Source: Saccostrea cucullata
Taxonomy: Eukaryota
Direction of reading: 5' to 3'
NCBI RefSeq assembly: GCF_032062105.1
Contig: NW_026931150.1
Location: forward strand, 186,001 to 250,000
DNA: 64,000 nucleotides
Below the pieces are notes generated by a model. That model ran no database searches. It was not told the DNA's origin and worked only from the letters and a program-made list of their open reading frames with translations. Below are positions 26,162-37,817 of the stretch, piece after piece. Each line of letters starts with the position of its first letter. The first letter of the stretch is position 1. The translations under genes were made by a program, and so were the position numbers.

Positions 26162-26287
26162 CACTGTAGGAGTCCGAAATATCCGACGTTTCCCAAGCTT
26201 TTTCACTTTCCCAAACTTTTCAGGGCACGTAAAATTTCAAAATCGTGAAAATACCAGGAAAACGTCAGATATTTCGGACTAACACGG
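26162..26287. mobile_element. Short Tc1/mariner-type MITE
   Basis: TA flanks; inverted arms AGTCCGAAATATCCGACGTTT / AAACGTCAGATATTTCGGACT. Confidence 0.75.
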
Positions 26288-26399
26288 TAGCAGATTTATG
26301 AAGACTTAAGCTTCTGTTACATATCCTTCTTGCAGATTTTAAGTTCCAAATTATAAAAGGAAGATCTCTTATAAAGAAGGTGAAAAAAATCTGTTGCAC

Positions 26400-26635
26400 A
26401 CACTGTAAAAAAATAACTAGTTAATGTCACGAAGAAAACTAGTAGATTCACTGTCCATACAATCACTACTTTAATAGTAGTTTTACCAGATATTGGTATA
26501 TTTACTAGATAAGATTAGTAAATTTAGAATTGATGAGTAACTTTCACTAGGTATCTAAGTATCTATACGACCCCCGCTCCACAACTCACTGAAAGTTTAC
26601 TAATCACGACCAACGCTTTACGAAACACACTAGTG
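26400..26635 (+). mobile_element. Truncated copy of the CAC-ended MITE at 42928-43213
   Basis: Reverse-complement match to 42960-43213 (e.g. AAGAAAACTAGTA.ATT.ACTGTCCATACAATCACTAC). Confidence 0.8.
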
Positions 26636-27011
26636 TGCATTGACCTTGAAACACCGGTCTCCCCCTGACATATGGTTAATGTTAAATAAAATTCAGGTAT
26701 TAAATGGGTCAAAATATTATTATAATTTATAAAGTACCCATAGTAAAAAAAATATCAGGTACATGTGTATACTGGAAATTTTTTCTTGAAGATGATAAAT
26801 GATTCCTGGAAGGGATGGGTCTCTTTTAATAGATTTTTGTTTACTGGAATGGACTTGAATAAAGAAAAAGTACTTGTGATTTGGCTGTATATTTGGTTAA
26901 GAAGAGCTTACAGGCTCTTAAGGTCACTTACAGGTGTATCTCAGTGCATATTCATGTTTATTAAAAGCACCGATTCTTGGCATGGGACCTTGGTCCTGAT
27001 AAGAAACAGAG

Positions 27012-29302
27012 ATGGCACAATGGCCTCGGCGTAAGTACACATTCCTGTATTATTATATCCATTAAAATAAACCTGTATTTCTGTATCATAACTCCATTTT
27101 TAAAAGAAAAAAAGTAGTCCTATTCAAAAACTATGCTACAATTTGAAATATTGTCCACGGGGTCTGTAGCACACTTAGATCTATACAGTGTATTTGATTT
27201 TACGTAACCACTATATACACAAAAAGAAATTTTTGTATATTTAATTAGTTATTACGTAAAAACAAATATAGTATGTTATTGGTCTCTGCGATACTGTCAG
27301 CAACAAAGCAAATTCAAAGAGTTATGCTCCCCCATTTCCGGTATCTTAAAGGTTTGAAATGCAATTTCTTAGGGCATATTTTTGTAAAGTCGTTTGTGTG
27401 TCATGTCTTGTCTGTCCACCATACAAAAGTTATGACAAAGATTAAAACTTCATCAGTCTTCAAGATCAAGGTCATGAGGTCAAATATCAAAAGAAATTCC
27501 AAAAGGTATGCAGGATTGGAAAAAAGAAAAATTTCAAAGCCTTGTCTCTTCCATTCTCGCAATGCTAGATGTCCTGAGTCAACACGTTGTCCCTGGCATT
27601 GCAAGGAATGGTCACAGGTAATGTACATAAAAGAAATTAAAGTTTTTGGAGGTATCCTGAGTTAGATGTTTTTAAAGTTTCTTAAAATGTTTTTGTTTTC
27701 CTTTCAGACTTTATGCTTGTGACGTTGATAGTGATTTCAGGTATTTAAAAAATGTTTTTAATATACCCCCGCTTGAAAATTGGGAGGGTATACTAGTATA
27801 ATGATCGGGATATCCGTCGGTCTGTTACGCATTTGGGTACCCATCATTTATCTATAACTTCTCTTTCACCACTGAATGAAATTTAATGACATTTTCACAG
27901 AATCTTTGTAACATAATGTCATTGTGCACCCACTCTTTTACTTTTTGATCCAACACATATTTTGGGGTTCCCAGAGCAAAACATGGACACTGCCATTCTT
28001 TCTATAGTATTGAAGGGTACCCATCTCATATCCGCAACTCCTCCTATACCGCGGAATAAAATTTAATGATACTTTCAGTTTTTTTTATTACATAATGCTA
28101 TTGCACATTCCTATTTTTCTCTTTGATCTGAACTTATTTCGGCTTCCCAGAGCAAAACATGGATTTGCCATTATAACCATATGGGAGGTGGGGGGTTGTC
28201 ATTTAGTGAGGTCATAACCCACAGTACCTCTAGTTATTTACTATTATCTTACATAATTTATTACAATAACATATTCAAAAAAAGATGTTCCCATTAGATG
28301 GATTGGATCATTATTTTAAATTTAAAGAAAGACTGTATTATTTTTTATGTTATTTTATTTTATGTGTTTTATCTTTTCTTCAGAAATCCAGACCGCTAAA
28401 GCGGGATTGGAGTGTATGAGTTGTACAAACTCGGCTTCAGTGCGGGACTGTCAACAGACCACGATCAAATGTGGTGATGATGAGGTAAAACCAACAGGTA
28501 TTTTATTGCCGACAATTAAAATTTGTGTGATCAAAATATTTGAAGGTAATTTGCTAAAATTTGACAATTTTTTTAAGAACTCATAGACATCATTTTTAAA
28601 CTTTTTTTTCTTCGCTTCCAAAACCACCTTCATTTTCCTGTGACAAATATAACACCTTTCAGTCCAAACAGTCTCACCATGGATTAATTCGCAATATCTT
28701 TTTTCTATATTAAAATATTTTTGTTTATATCAAAAGGAAAAATACAACATTATATCTGAAATGTAAAATTATAGTATGGTCTTATTTTTTCATTATTCAT
28801 TCAAGAAAAGAAAAAGTTAAAGAGCAGAAATCTAATCTTGCGTTCTGGTGTTTGTTCCTTTAAGTATATGCTTTAATGGATTGTATCTCGTTGTTTCTAT
28901 TTACAGGAATGTTACTTGGAGAAAAGAACTACTTCACATTTATCTCTGTCTTACTCCGCTGGTTGTCGGAAAAAAGCGGTAATCAAATAGTTATCATTAT
29001 CAAATGATATATGATACAAGTTTTAATAATTGACAAATATTTTCCCCTAAAACGAAATACAAATACAATAGATTGATCAAAATAATGATACATGTATACT
29101 GGCGTTATTAACAATGATTAATATGTATATTTTCCCTACTTTTCAGATTTGTAACATTATGGCATCACTCGGTTCTCTAAGAACTGGAAGATCACACCAC
29201 CTGGGCGCAGTCTTAGGTAAACGAGATCTCTTAAACTGCGCATACTGTTGTAGCACAGAAATGGACAAAAATGGACCATGCAATGTACACTTATGTTCAT
29301 GA
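27012..29302 (+). CDS. Small secreted cysteine-rich Ly6/uPAR (three-finger)-like protein, 126 aa; exons 27012-27030, 27708-27740, 28384-28484, 28907-28978, 29147-29302
   Basis: Phase-consistent GT-AG exons give MAQWPRHFMLVTLIVISEIQTAKAGLECMSCTNSASVRDCQQTTIKCGDDEECYLEKRTTSHLSLSYSAGCRKKAICNIMASLGSLRTGRSHHLGAVLGKRDLLNCAYCCSTEMDKNGPCNVHLCS*. It has a hydrophobic leader, an LxCxxC start and a CC...CN end, with AATAAA at 29320. The first two micro-exons are less certain. Confidence 0.8.
27755..28235 (-). mobile_element. Helentron-like non-autonomous element with two ~181-bp internal repeats, in intron 2 of the Ly6-like gene
   Basis: TTTT..ATACCCCCGC...GGGTATA hairpin at one end; repeats start at GGGTACCCATC (27835, 28015) and both contain TTCCCAGAGCAAAACATGGA; ends CTCTAGTT. 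Confidence 0.65.
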
Positions 29303-29799
29303 ATTTATATTATATTTTGAATAAAGACACATCATGAATGAATTTCTCTCTTTTCTTTTTTGGTCACGATGTTTTTTCACATTGTGACGTCATCTACATT
29401 GTGACGTCATAGAGAAATATTTGTTGTCAAGCTCAAAGACAAAACAGAGTAAGAAATGGCAGAGAAAACCAGAAACAGCAATGCAATTACGGAAGCTGCC
29501 GTAGAATCCTTGGTGGATGGTGTCTTGAAAACTTCAGTTCAAACGGTATAGTTAACATTCATAGACATTGTATTCCATATGAAACAAAGTAAAAGAGCAA
29601 AGTAAATTAGATGTGTATCTGAGTCCTTGGGGTGAAACGAAAAAAAACATTTGCATCAACATTTGATTTTCATTCTTTTTTAAATACTTAGAAGTATATT
29701 TTTGCCAAGAACCTTAGGTCAGAATCAGAATCAGAAAATTTTATTTTGAGTCGGATTATTATAACAGAAACATGCATTCGCACGCTTAAAAGTGGCCCT

Positions 29800-30287
29800 T
29801 AGGGTCAAGATCTAGTAAATGAGCTAAGATTGTCATTTTGGTGCTATAACCTTCATAAAATTTTAAGTACATATAATAACCTCCCCCAGGTTTACAGTGA
29901 AAACTTTGATACTTTGTGAAGATGCATTATGACGTCATAATTGAAGTATTCTTGTTTTTAAAATTTGAAAAAAAAATGTCAAAAGAAACTCCAATACTTT
30001 AAATCAAGTTAATATCGCTTTAAAAATGAGAGAGAGAGACCAAGAATATTTTTAGAGAGACTGCAGGCAATAATGATACAATTCCCTTTTCTGAGATAAA
30101 GAAAAAAATTATTCCGACTTCCTAAATTTTCCATTTTTCAATTCAAAATGTTTTGGGGTCTTTTTGTTATGCTTCGATACATATTATTTTTTCAAGCTTT
30201 ATCTGTAAAAAATCTATTCTTTTTTCAAATTTTCAAAAAGTCGTTTCTCAAATTTGTAGGTACCTTTTATTTATTAGATCTTGACCT
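29800..30287. mobile_element. MITE
   Basis: Inverted termini GGTCAAGATCTAGTAAA / TTTATTAGATCTTGACC. Confidence 0.6.
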
Positions 30288-33269
30288 CTCATCTTACTAG
30301 GAGCGTTAAATAACAATATCAATCAATCACTCTCTTCCAAGATATACATATTTACTGTAAAACAATAGCTTGGTCAAAACATTTTATATGTGCATTGTAG
30401 ACACATGAAGATGAAATACCACTCCATCGTACAAAGAAGAATGTTAACGTTAGCATTCCCTCGGAACACCTCTTTCGTGAGCTGACGTCACACTGAAAAT
30501 TTAAGTTAGTCACCATGACCTAAAAAAATAATCAGATTGATTGTCCTCCAGATGAGGGTGCAGTTAGTCAATTGGACGATGTGTTGAGCTCAGTTTCACC
30601 AGGAGAGAAAGATACTAACTGATAGTTTGTTGAAAGTCACCATGAGTACACTATAACGATTTTACAACTGTAATTTCATAATTGAACATTTAATGATTAT
30701 CATTTCAAATCAAAATGACTGTCAATTAGTTATATTTCTAGGCAAGATATTAAATTGATGACATGCGCGTCAAATCATTTTGATTATCACGCATCAATGC
30801 CCTTCAGATACAAAATATACAATTATACAACTAAAATTTGAACTATTTATTATAAAATTTCATAAATATGGGCACCAAATAAACACAAATAATAAACTGA
30901 TCATTTTCATAAGATTTGGATAAAGACATTGTAAAAATTTAAAACAGACAGACACCTACATATACAGCATACATAGATATTTATATATTTTCAAGCAAAT
31001 TAGTTTTACTGTTTGTAAATGATTGAAACTACAAAGAAATAACTTCAGGAAACGTGTCTCTCATGATTGACACACCCTTTCAGTTGTTGCTTTGTTTTCC
31101 AACCTCAAGGAATATATTTATACTTTATCATTACAAACTGCAATGAAGAATAGTCTTTATAATTTTGCTGTATTTAAGTTGCTTGATGGCAAAAGTAAAG
31201 TAATGAAAAAAATATATGAAAGGAAATCAAGATATAAATTTAGAGTAGCTATTTATGCAGTATTAATAAGAAAAAAGCAATTGTTTAAACAATTAAAATG
31301 ACTAAAAAATTACGTTTACCTTAGCAAACATGGCACAAGTGAATGAAATCATTCATCTGATGTGTGCAGAAATGGGTTAACACAAACCATTGTGATTTTA
31401 TTTTAAATGCCTTTAACATATACATGTATTATTGAATAATACGCTAATATTTGGTAAAGCAGGCCAGTTGATGGAGAGTCTAGTACATGTTACATAAGGG
31501 CACATTGTATTTTCTTTTATAAAATAAAATGTTAAAAAATAACAAGTTCATAAATCACCATTATACTGAAAATATAAGTTGTACGTAATTCATTTGGATG
31601 ATGATATTTTTCTGTGTATAATGTGGTTTTCATTTTATACGGTAACAATGCATTGTATTTTGATTTGTTTGTCCATTCAGTGGTAGTTGAGAGTCCATGC
31701 CATACTGTGAGTTGTAAAAGAATAATACCTATGTAATAATCGTTGAATTTTAGACCAAGTTCATTTTGAGCTTTTTGCATTAATTGAATATGAAATTTTT
31801 CTTGAACACAATCAACCCACATCCTAACCTACATGTATCATAATAATGTAAAATACAACAATTATTGAGGAAAAATATGATACTTTGTTTATTTCAACAT
31901 TATTTCTCTGTAGAACATTTTTTGAATAAGTTTTTTATAGAATTATTTGTCTAAAACAAGAAAACAACAATTTTTACCATCACTTCGTGTTTTCCTGGGA
32001 GGAAAATGGTATGATGATATTTTTCTTCCCGCCAATAAATATAAACAAAATGACCAGTCACAAGTCAAAGTTCTGGTAATGTTGAGGAAACAGATAGTCA
32101 AATTATGTATTGACTAACTGAATGGAAGAAAATGACTTCAAATCTGGTCAACGTGACAAATTTATGTTTTCAGTGCACTAGTTCCAGTACATTTGGATAG
32201 TGAAGATGAAGATTCCTCGTCTTTGAATGACCAGGTTGTCAGATCTTTTCCAGTTTCACCAGGAGAGAAAGATACATGTAGTTTGTTGTCAGACCCAAAA
32301 GGTACAACTAATTTCATATTGAACATTTAATTTAAAAAACAAAACGAAGAAATTACAAGTTAAATTGATGCAAAGCATCAAATCGGACGCAAAAATATTA
32401 TACATACTTTTCCGTGTATGTTTTAAGGGCTTAATTAAACACAGATGTGAAGCTAATATTTTCTCAAATTGTCTGTATAATATTATGACTTATGTGTTGC
32501 ATTAGCAATTCTATTTCACATGGAAATTGAATTATAAAAAGGGTTGTTTTATTTGGAAATTATTGAAACTACGAATTTCAGGTCGTGTTTGCATGATTGA
32601 CACACCCTTTGGCTTGCACTTTCACAACATATACTTTATCCTTAAAACTCAAGAAAAGTAGAAATTTTGTTGTATATCTATGAAAAAGTATCATACATTT
32701 ATTGACTGTTTCAATGGTATGATGATATTTGTCGGACCCAAGAACCAAACTGTCTGCCTGAGGCCGTTAGACCGAAGGCAATTCTCTGACAAAACGCATG
32801 TCACTTTCTAAATGTTTTGATGTTTACCATTTAATTTTAATTTATTTTATTTTTTTTTTTACATGCATGCATGCATTTATACGGTATTCCGTGATGTAAC
32901 ATCAGATCTGTCACTGTTTAACACCAACGAATGAAAATGAGATTAAGCTCCGCCCATTCTATGACGTAAGCGGTCCAACATCTCACTCAGCGGTCCAACA
33001 TTGATTTTTTTAAGCCCGCTCAGCAAAACATTCAAAATGTTAGACTTTTTTCGTATAGAATTGTATAGGAACACATTTTTAAAGGTATAACAAAAAAAAA
33101 TTATAATCCAGAAAAATTCAGAGTAGAAATGTTAGAAAGCAATTGCAAAACCAATTCATCAGTATTGTTAGCCCGCTCATTAACTGATGTGTGCAGGGTT
33201 TAACAACTTGAACATCCGCGGGCCGCGCGGTGAAATCTCGCAAGTTTTGCGCTTTTTGGTTTGATAGGT

Positions 33270-33620
33270 TCTAATGTTTCAGTGGCATATTGGTGACTTT
33301 TTCTGATGATGTCATGATTTATAAAGTTTTTTTTATCCATCAAAGGTTTCAGTATAGTATGATGATATATTTCTGACGATGTCATTTTCTACAATTCTTT
33401 GATGTTTCAATGGTATGATGACATTTTTCTGACGATGTCATTGTTAACAGTTCTTTGATGTTTCAATGATATGATGACATTTTTCTGACGATGTCATTTT
33501 CTACAGTTCTTTGATGTTTCAGTGGTATGATGATATTTTTCTGACGATGTCATTTTCTACAGTTCTTTTATGTTTAAGTGGGATGATAATATTTTTTAAA
33601 TTGTCATTTTCTGTAGTTTT
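33270..33620 (+). repeat. 56-bp minisatellite, about 6 copies
   Basis: Unit GATGTTTCAATGGTATGATGACATTTTTCTGACGATGTCATTTTCTACAGTTCTTT starting at 33401, 33457, 33513 and 33569, with decayed units upstream. Confidence 0.95.
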
Positions 33621-35235
33621 TATGCTTTTTCTCATCTTTAGATATGGTCAATCGGAAGAAAACAACTAAGCTGAATCGACTAATGAGGAATGTATTTTCA
33701 AAAAAGGTAAATCAATTCTCCCTGCTTACCGAATCGCAAAAAATCTGGCTTAAATCTCTGACAATTCACTACTTAATTTTTATCTTTTTTAAAGAAAAGC
33801 GTGGGTACGGAGAAAAAATTTGGTAAGCAAGTTTATTTTGACAAACAAACCAAATGCACATCCATTTCACAGAATTGTGCATAAATCGACAGTATTAAAA
33901 TTTATTTTTTTTAAAACTTAATTGTAATGTTAATAAGAACTTTTTAAAAATCTATTTCTATATCTTGATGGACATTTGCAAAATTCTGTAACTTTTAAAA
34001 CTCACAAACAGGCTGGGGTATTAACGAAAAAGAACTGACAGTTAAAGCATTCCCCTCTCAAGAGCTACTAGTGTTTGATGACTTTACAAGCAAAGATGAT
34101 AACTCCGTGGATAAGGCGCCGCTATTTCACAGCAAAGATCACCAGAAAAAGTCCCGAGCAAAGCGATCCACTCGTCTTCTCCTATCCTGCTTCAGAAAAC
34201 CGTGAATTTTGTGTTCGATTAAGAAAAGATTTATAAATCAAATATACAAGAGTTCAAAAACAAGCAAGCATTATTACTGTTAAACGAGAATTTTGTTCAC
34301 GAGAAACTCAAGAAATAAACAATCTTGGATTGCAATGAAGCATAGAAAATGTCTTAACTATTAATTTTTATAAAGTCTAGTCAAGTTTTAATTATTGCAT
34401 ATCAAAGATAAACATTTGCCTTTGCTGTTTTAACTGTCAGAAGCCCTATGCAAGTCTATATTGTGCAAATGATGCATGTTTTGACCACTCGATCAACGTT
34501 TTGTCGAATAGTTTCGAAGTATTTGAGAATACCAGACGTACATGATAGCTGGAAAAATGAACAGTACTAAGCTTAACAATTGCTGTCTTCCGTGAGATAT
34601 TTGTTTTAAGTAAATACATCTTACAAATACCGAAATAGACGTGACCTACACCCACTCTGAAGCGGTAAAAATCTACTCCCCCATACGCTGAAAACGCCTC
34701 CCCCATACTTTTTAGCGACTCCCACGCGTTACCCGTTGTAACATACGGTGAATAAAGGGTGATAAACGCATTACAGTTGTTTTCTTGGTTAGAATCCAGT
34801 GGCTCAGACAGAATGTGGCATCTCAATTTACGCATTATGTTACCAAGCTTATTGAGTAAACCTAAAAATTGCCTTTTTACAGCATACGACCTTCTATAGG
34901 TATATATTCAGGTGCTAGGATTAAATTGCAGATCCATCATCGTTTTGAGAAACTTTAAGAACTTTAAATAAGTACGTATAATATATATATTAAAACCATA
35001 CAGTTTTCTTCAAAAGCCTGGATATGTATGATTTTTATTTCTAAAATGTACATGTGTTTGTCCATATATAACATAGGCGTCGGAACCGGGACTTAGCCCC
35101 CCCCCCCCCCCCCCCCCCCCCCAACTTAATTTTTTTTTCCAAAGATAAACATAATAGGCATTGAAGATTGGGGCATAGGTTTAGCCCCCGTTTCAACAAG
35201 CATGTTGCAGTGTAGTCAAGGTGGTAGTGTTTTGG

Positions 35236-37500
35236 AACAAGAGGCCCACGGGCCTTATAGGTCACCTGAGTATCATGTAACAACTTTCCAGCGATTGTAT
35301 TTGGTTCGTGTTTTAATCCAAAAGCCATGAAATTCACAAATTTTGAAAGAGGCACCATTGTTTATCAAAGGGCAGATTTCAAAGCATTAATTTATTTTTA
35401 GTCAAAGTACCCCCTGGTACCCCTGACCCAGCGGCCCTGAAATTATCTATTTTGAAAGAGGCTCCTTTCTTCATTATAAGGCCAGCATTTTTTTATGTTT
35501 AGGTTTAGTTATGAACATGAGAATAAAAAAGTCCCGAAGGAGAAGGAAATAAAAAAAAAATTTGATAAATCAATTATTAACATTTGTACATTCTTTTTTA
35601 TGCTATCCTAATAGGCTCCTTACCACTGGACACATAATGCTTACAAATAGGAAAGTAGAACATTTAATTGCTTATTTCATCATCATCCAGTTTGGGCAAG
35701 TTATATAAATTTTGTGATGTTGATCAAAATATATTTCAAATAATCAATTCTTTAAAAGTCTTTCAATATATCTTCATTTTTTTAATATGTGTTAGGTGAA
35801 TGTGTAGACATTGTTCTAAAATTTACTTGATGCCTAAAATTATAATTCCTATCATAAAACAGACAGAGAGTATTGGGGAGTAGGGTGAATATTTTTTCAA
35901 TTAAGTGTAAAATAATTTTTCTGGCTGATACAAATGAAACTACATGCCTGTATATATTTGTATATTCTTGCCTTTTAATAGTTGAATTATTTTATATTTC
36001 TTCAGGTTATTGTTTATTTCTTCCTCAAATGGACTTAACTTCTCCCATAGTTTTATTCATTACATCTGATGCATAAGCAACCCTTTTCTGAAGAATGATG
36101 TTTAGACTGTAAGCTATGACAGAGACCTAAACAATGTCGCTGGCAATATGCAATAGCTACCACAGGCAGTTTAAAACCTGGGGGAGGAAAATAATTTACA
36201 GACAGATACTTTTGAAACGAATACATAATTATCTCACCAGCATGTCATTGTGCAACAAAGTCGTCAGCATTTTATTTGTCCTTTGAACGGGTGAAACGTT
36301 TTGAATGGCACTCTTATCGATGAATTTTACACAAAACCAAGCTATCTTCTCAGATCTAGCTTTATTTACCCGCCGTTTCATCGTAAAACCGGAAGTGCGA
36401 GTTCGTAAATTTGAAATCTCGATCCCGACTCAAATTTGACATCGGAGAGAAAAATTTTCTTATTAATATTTTTTTCATAAAAATCAAAAACCTTGAGCGG
36501 AGGGTTTGTAAAACTGAAAATAAATTAAATCCTGGCCTTAAATATGTAATTAGATCATTAGTATATTAACCAGGAGCAAAGGATAAGATGTTCAAAGAAT
36601 TCATGCATTTCACTATATAATCACTAGAGCCCCACCCTAAAACAAGAACCCCTGACCCTGGGGCCATAAAAATCACAATTTTGGTAGAGGCACTCTTGCT
36701 CATCAAAACTATGTACTTAATTAGTTTATTTAATGCCCAGGAGCAGAGAAGAAGATTTTCAAAGAGTTCATGTATTTTCACTATATAATCTATAGAACCC
36801 CGCCCTAACACCAGAAATCCTGACCCTGGGGCCATAAAATTCACAATTTTAGTATAAGGACTCTTGCTCATCATAACTATTCACTTAGTTAGTTTATTTA
36901 ATACCCAGGAGCAGAGAAGAAGATTTTCAAAGAATTCATGTATTTTCACTATATAATCAATAGAGTCCCGCCCTAACACCAGAACCCCTGACCCTGGGGC
37001 CATAAAATTCACAATTTTGGTAGAGGCACTCTTGCTCATCATAACTATGTACTTAGTTGGTTTATTTAATACATAGGAGCAGAGAAGAAGATTTTAAAAG
37101 AAATAATACGTTTTCACTACCTACTTATTTAGCCCCGCCCTAGCACTAAAACCCCTGACCCCAGGGCCATGAATTTCACAATTTTGGTAGAGGACTCATT
37201 GCTGATTACAATCATGCAAACAGTTTGACTGCTTGATGTCCAGGAGTAAAGAAGAAGATTTTTAAAGATTGCATTAATTTTAGTGGTTTTGGCCCCACCC
37301 CTCAGGCCCCAGGGGGGCAGGGACCATGAAATTCACAAATTTTGTTCCCCTTCACCCACAGATGCTGTATACAAAATTTGGTTGAATTTGTTATAGCGGT
37401 TTCAGAGAAGAAGCTGAAAATGTTCAAATGTTAACACACGACGAACGACGGACAAACACGGATGGCAATAGGTCACCTAAGTGACTCAGGTGACCTAAAA
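35236..37500 (+). mobile_element. Non-autonomous Helentron/Helitron-like element carrying a satellite array
   Basis: 5' AACAAGAGGCCCACGGGCCTTATAGGTCACCTGAG; 3' GACG-type microsatellite, then palindrome AGGTCACCTAAGTGACTCAGGTGACCT and an A-run. Confidence 0.8.
36570..37345 (+). repeat. ~167-bp tandem satellite-like array (about 4.6 units), resembling the oyster Cg170/HindIII satellite
   Basis: Units begin CCAGGAGCAGAGAAGAAGATTTT at ~36570, 36737, 36906, 37073 and 37239. The family name is from recollection, not from a search. Confidence 0.9.
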
Positions 37501-37817
37501 AAAAAAAGATGACACTGATAAAAAAAAAATTACCCCCATCCCCCCTCCACGATATAGGATTTTCAGGATTTGACAATAGTCATTTTCCTTTTTTGGTATC
37601 AATTTTTTATCAGGTTTGAAATCAATTTTCTCTTTGAATTAACTCCCCTCCCCACTTCCAATTTGCTTCCGACGCCAATGTCTACATCATGCAATATGAT
37701 TAACTTTATAGATGAGGTCTGTTGAATAGCTTTGTGTAAAAACACATTTTCATTTGTTAAACATTTTCAATTACACAATGCCTGATTTTCGGAACCTGAA
37801 GATCAGACTACCGTTTA

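Larger units (their letters stand above)
29456..34205 (+). pseudogene. Candidate orphan or decaying multi-exon gene; exon-like blocks 29456-29545, ~30401-30645 (disrupted), 32174-32301, 33642-33706, 33795-33822, 34012-34205
   Basis: The last four blocks have canonical splice sites and chain in phase (2-1-0-1) to ...ALVPVHLDSEDEDSSSLNDQVVRSFPVSPGEKDTCSLLSDPKDMVNRKKTTKLNRLMRNVFSKKKSVGTEKKFGWGINEKELTVKAFPSQELLVFDDFTSKDDNSVDKAPLFHSKDHQKKSRAKRSTRLLLSCFRKP*, with AATAAA at 34314. The upstream blocks contain stops or frameshifts. No homology recognised. Confidence 0.45.
35072..37680. mobile_element. TIR element (CATAGGCGTCGGAA...TTCCGACGCCAATG) split by a Helentron-like insertion
   Basis: 14-bp imperfect TIRs and C-rich subterminal tracts at both ends; no clear TSD. 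Confidence 0.65.

Noticed and set aside
33270-33620. Regular repeats that could be mistaken for a CRISPR array
   Set aside because: Head-to-tail 56-bp units with no unique spacers, no cas genes and a eukaryotic context.
34446-34835. 129-aa minus-strand ORF
   Set aside because: No recognisable domain, composition not clearly coding, and no linked exons found.
36566-36874. 102-aa ORF with internal repeats
   Set aside because: Translation of the 167-bp satellite array.
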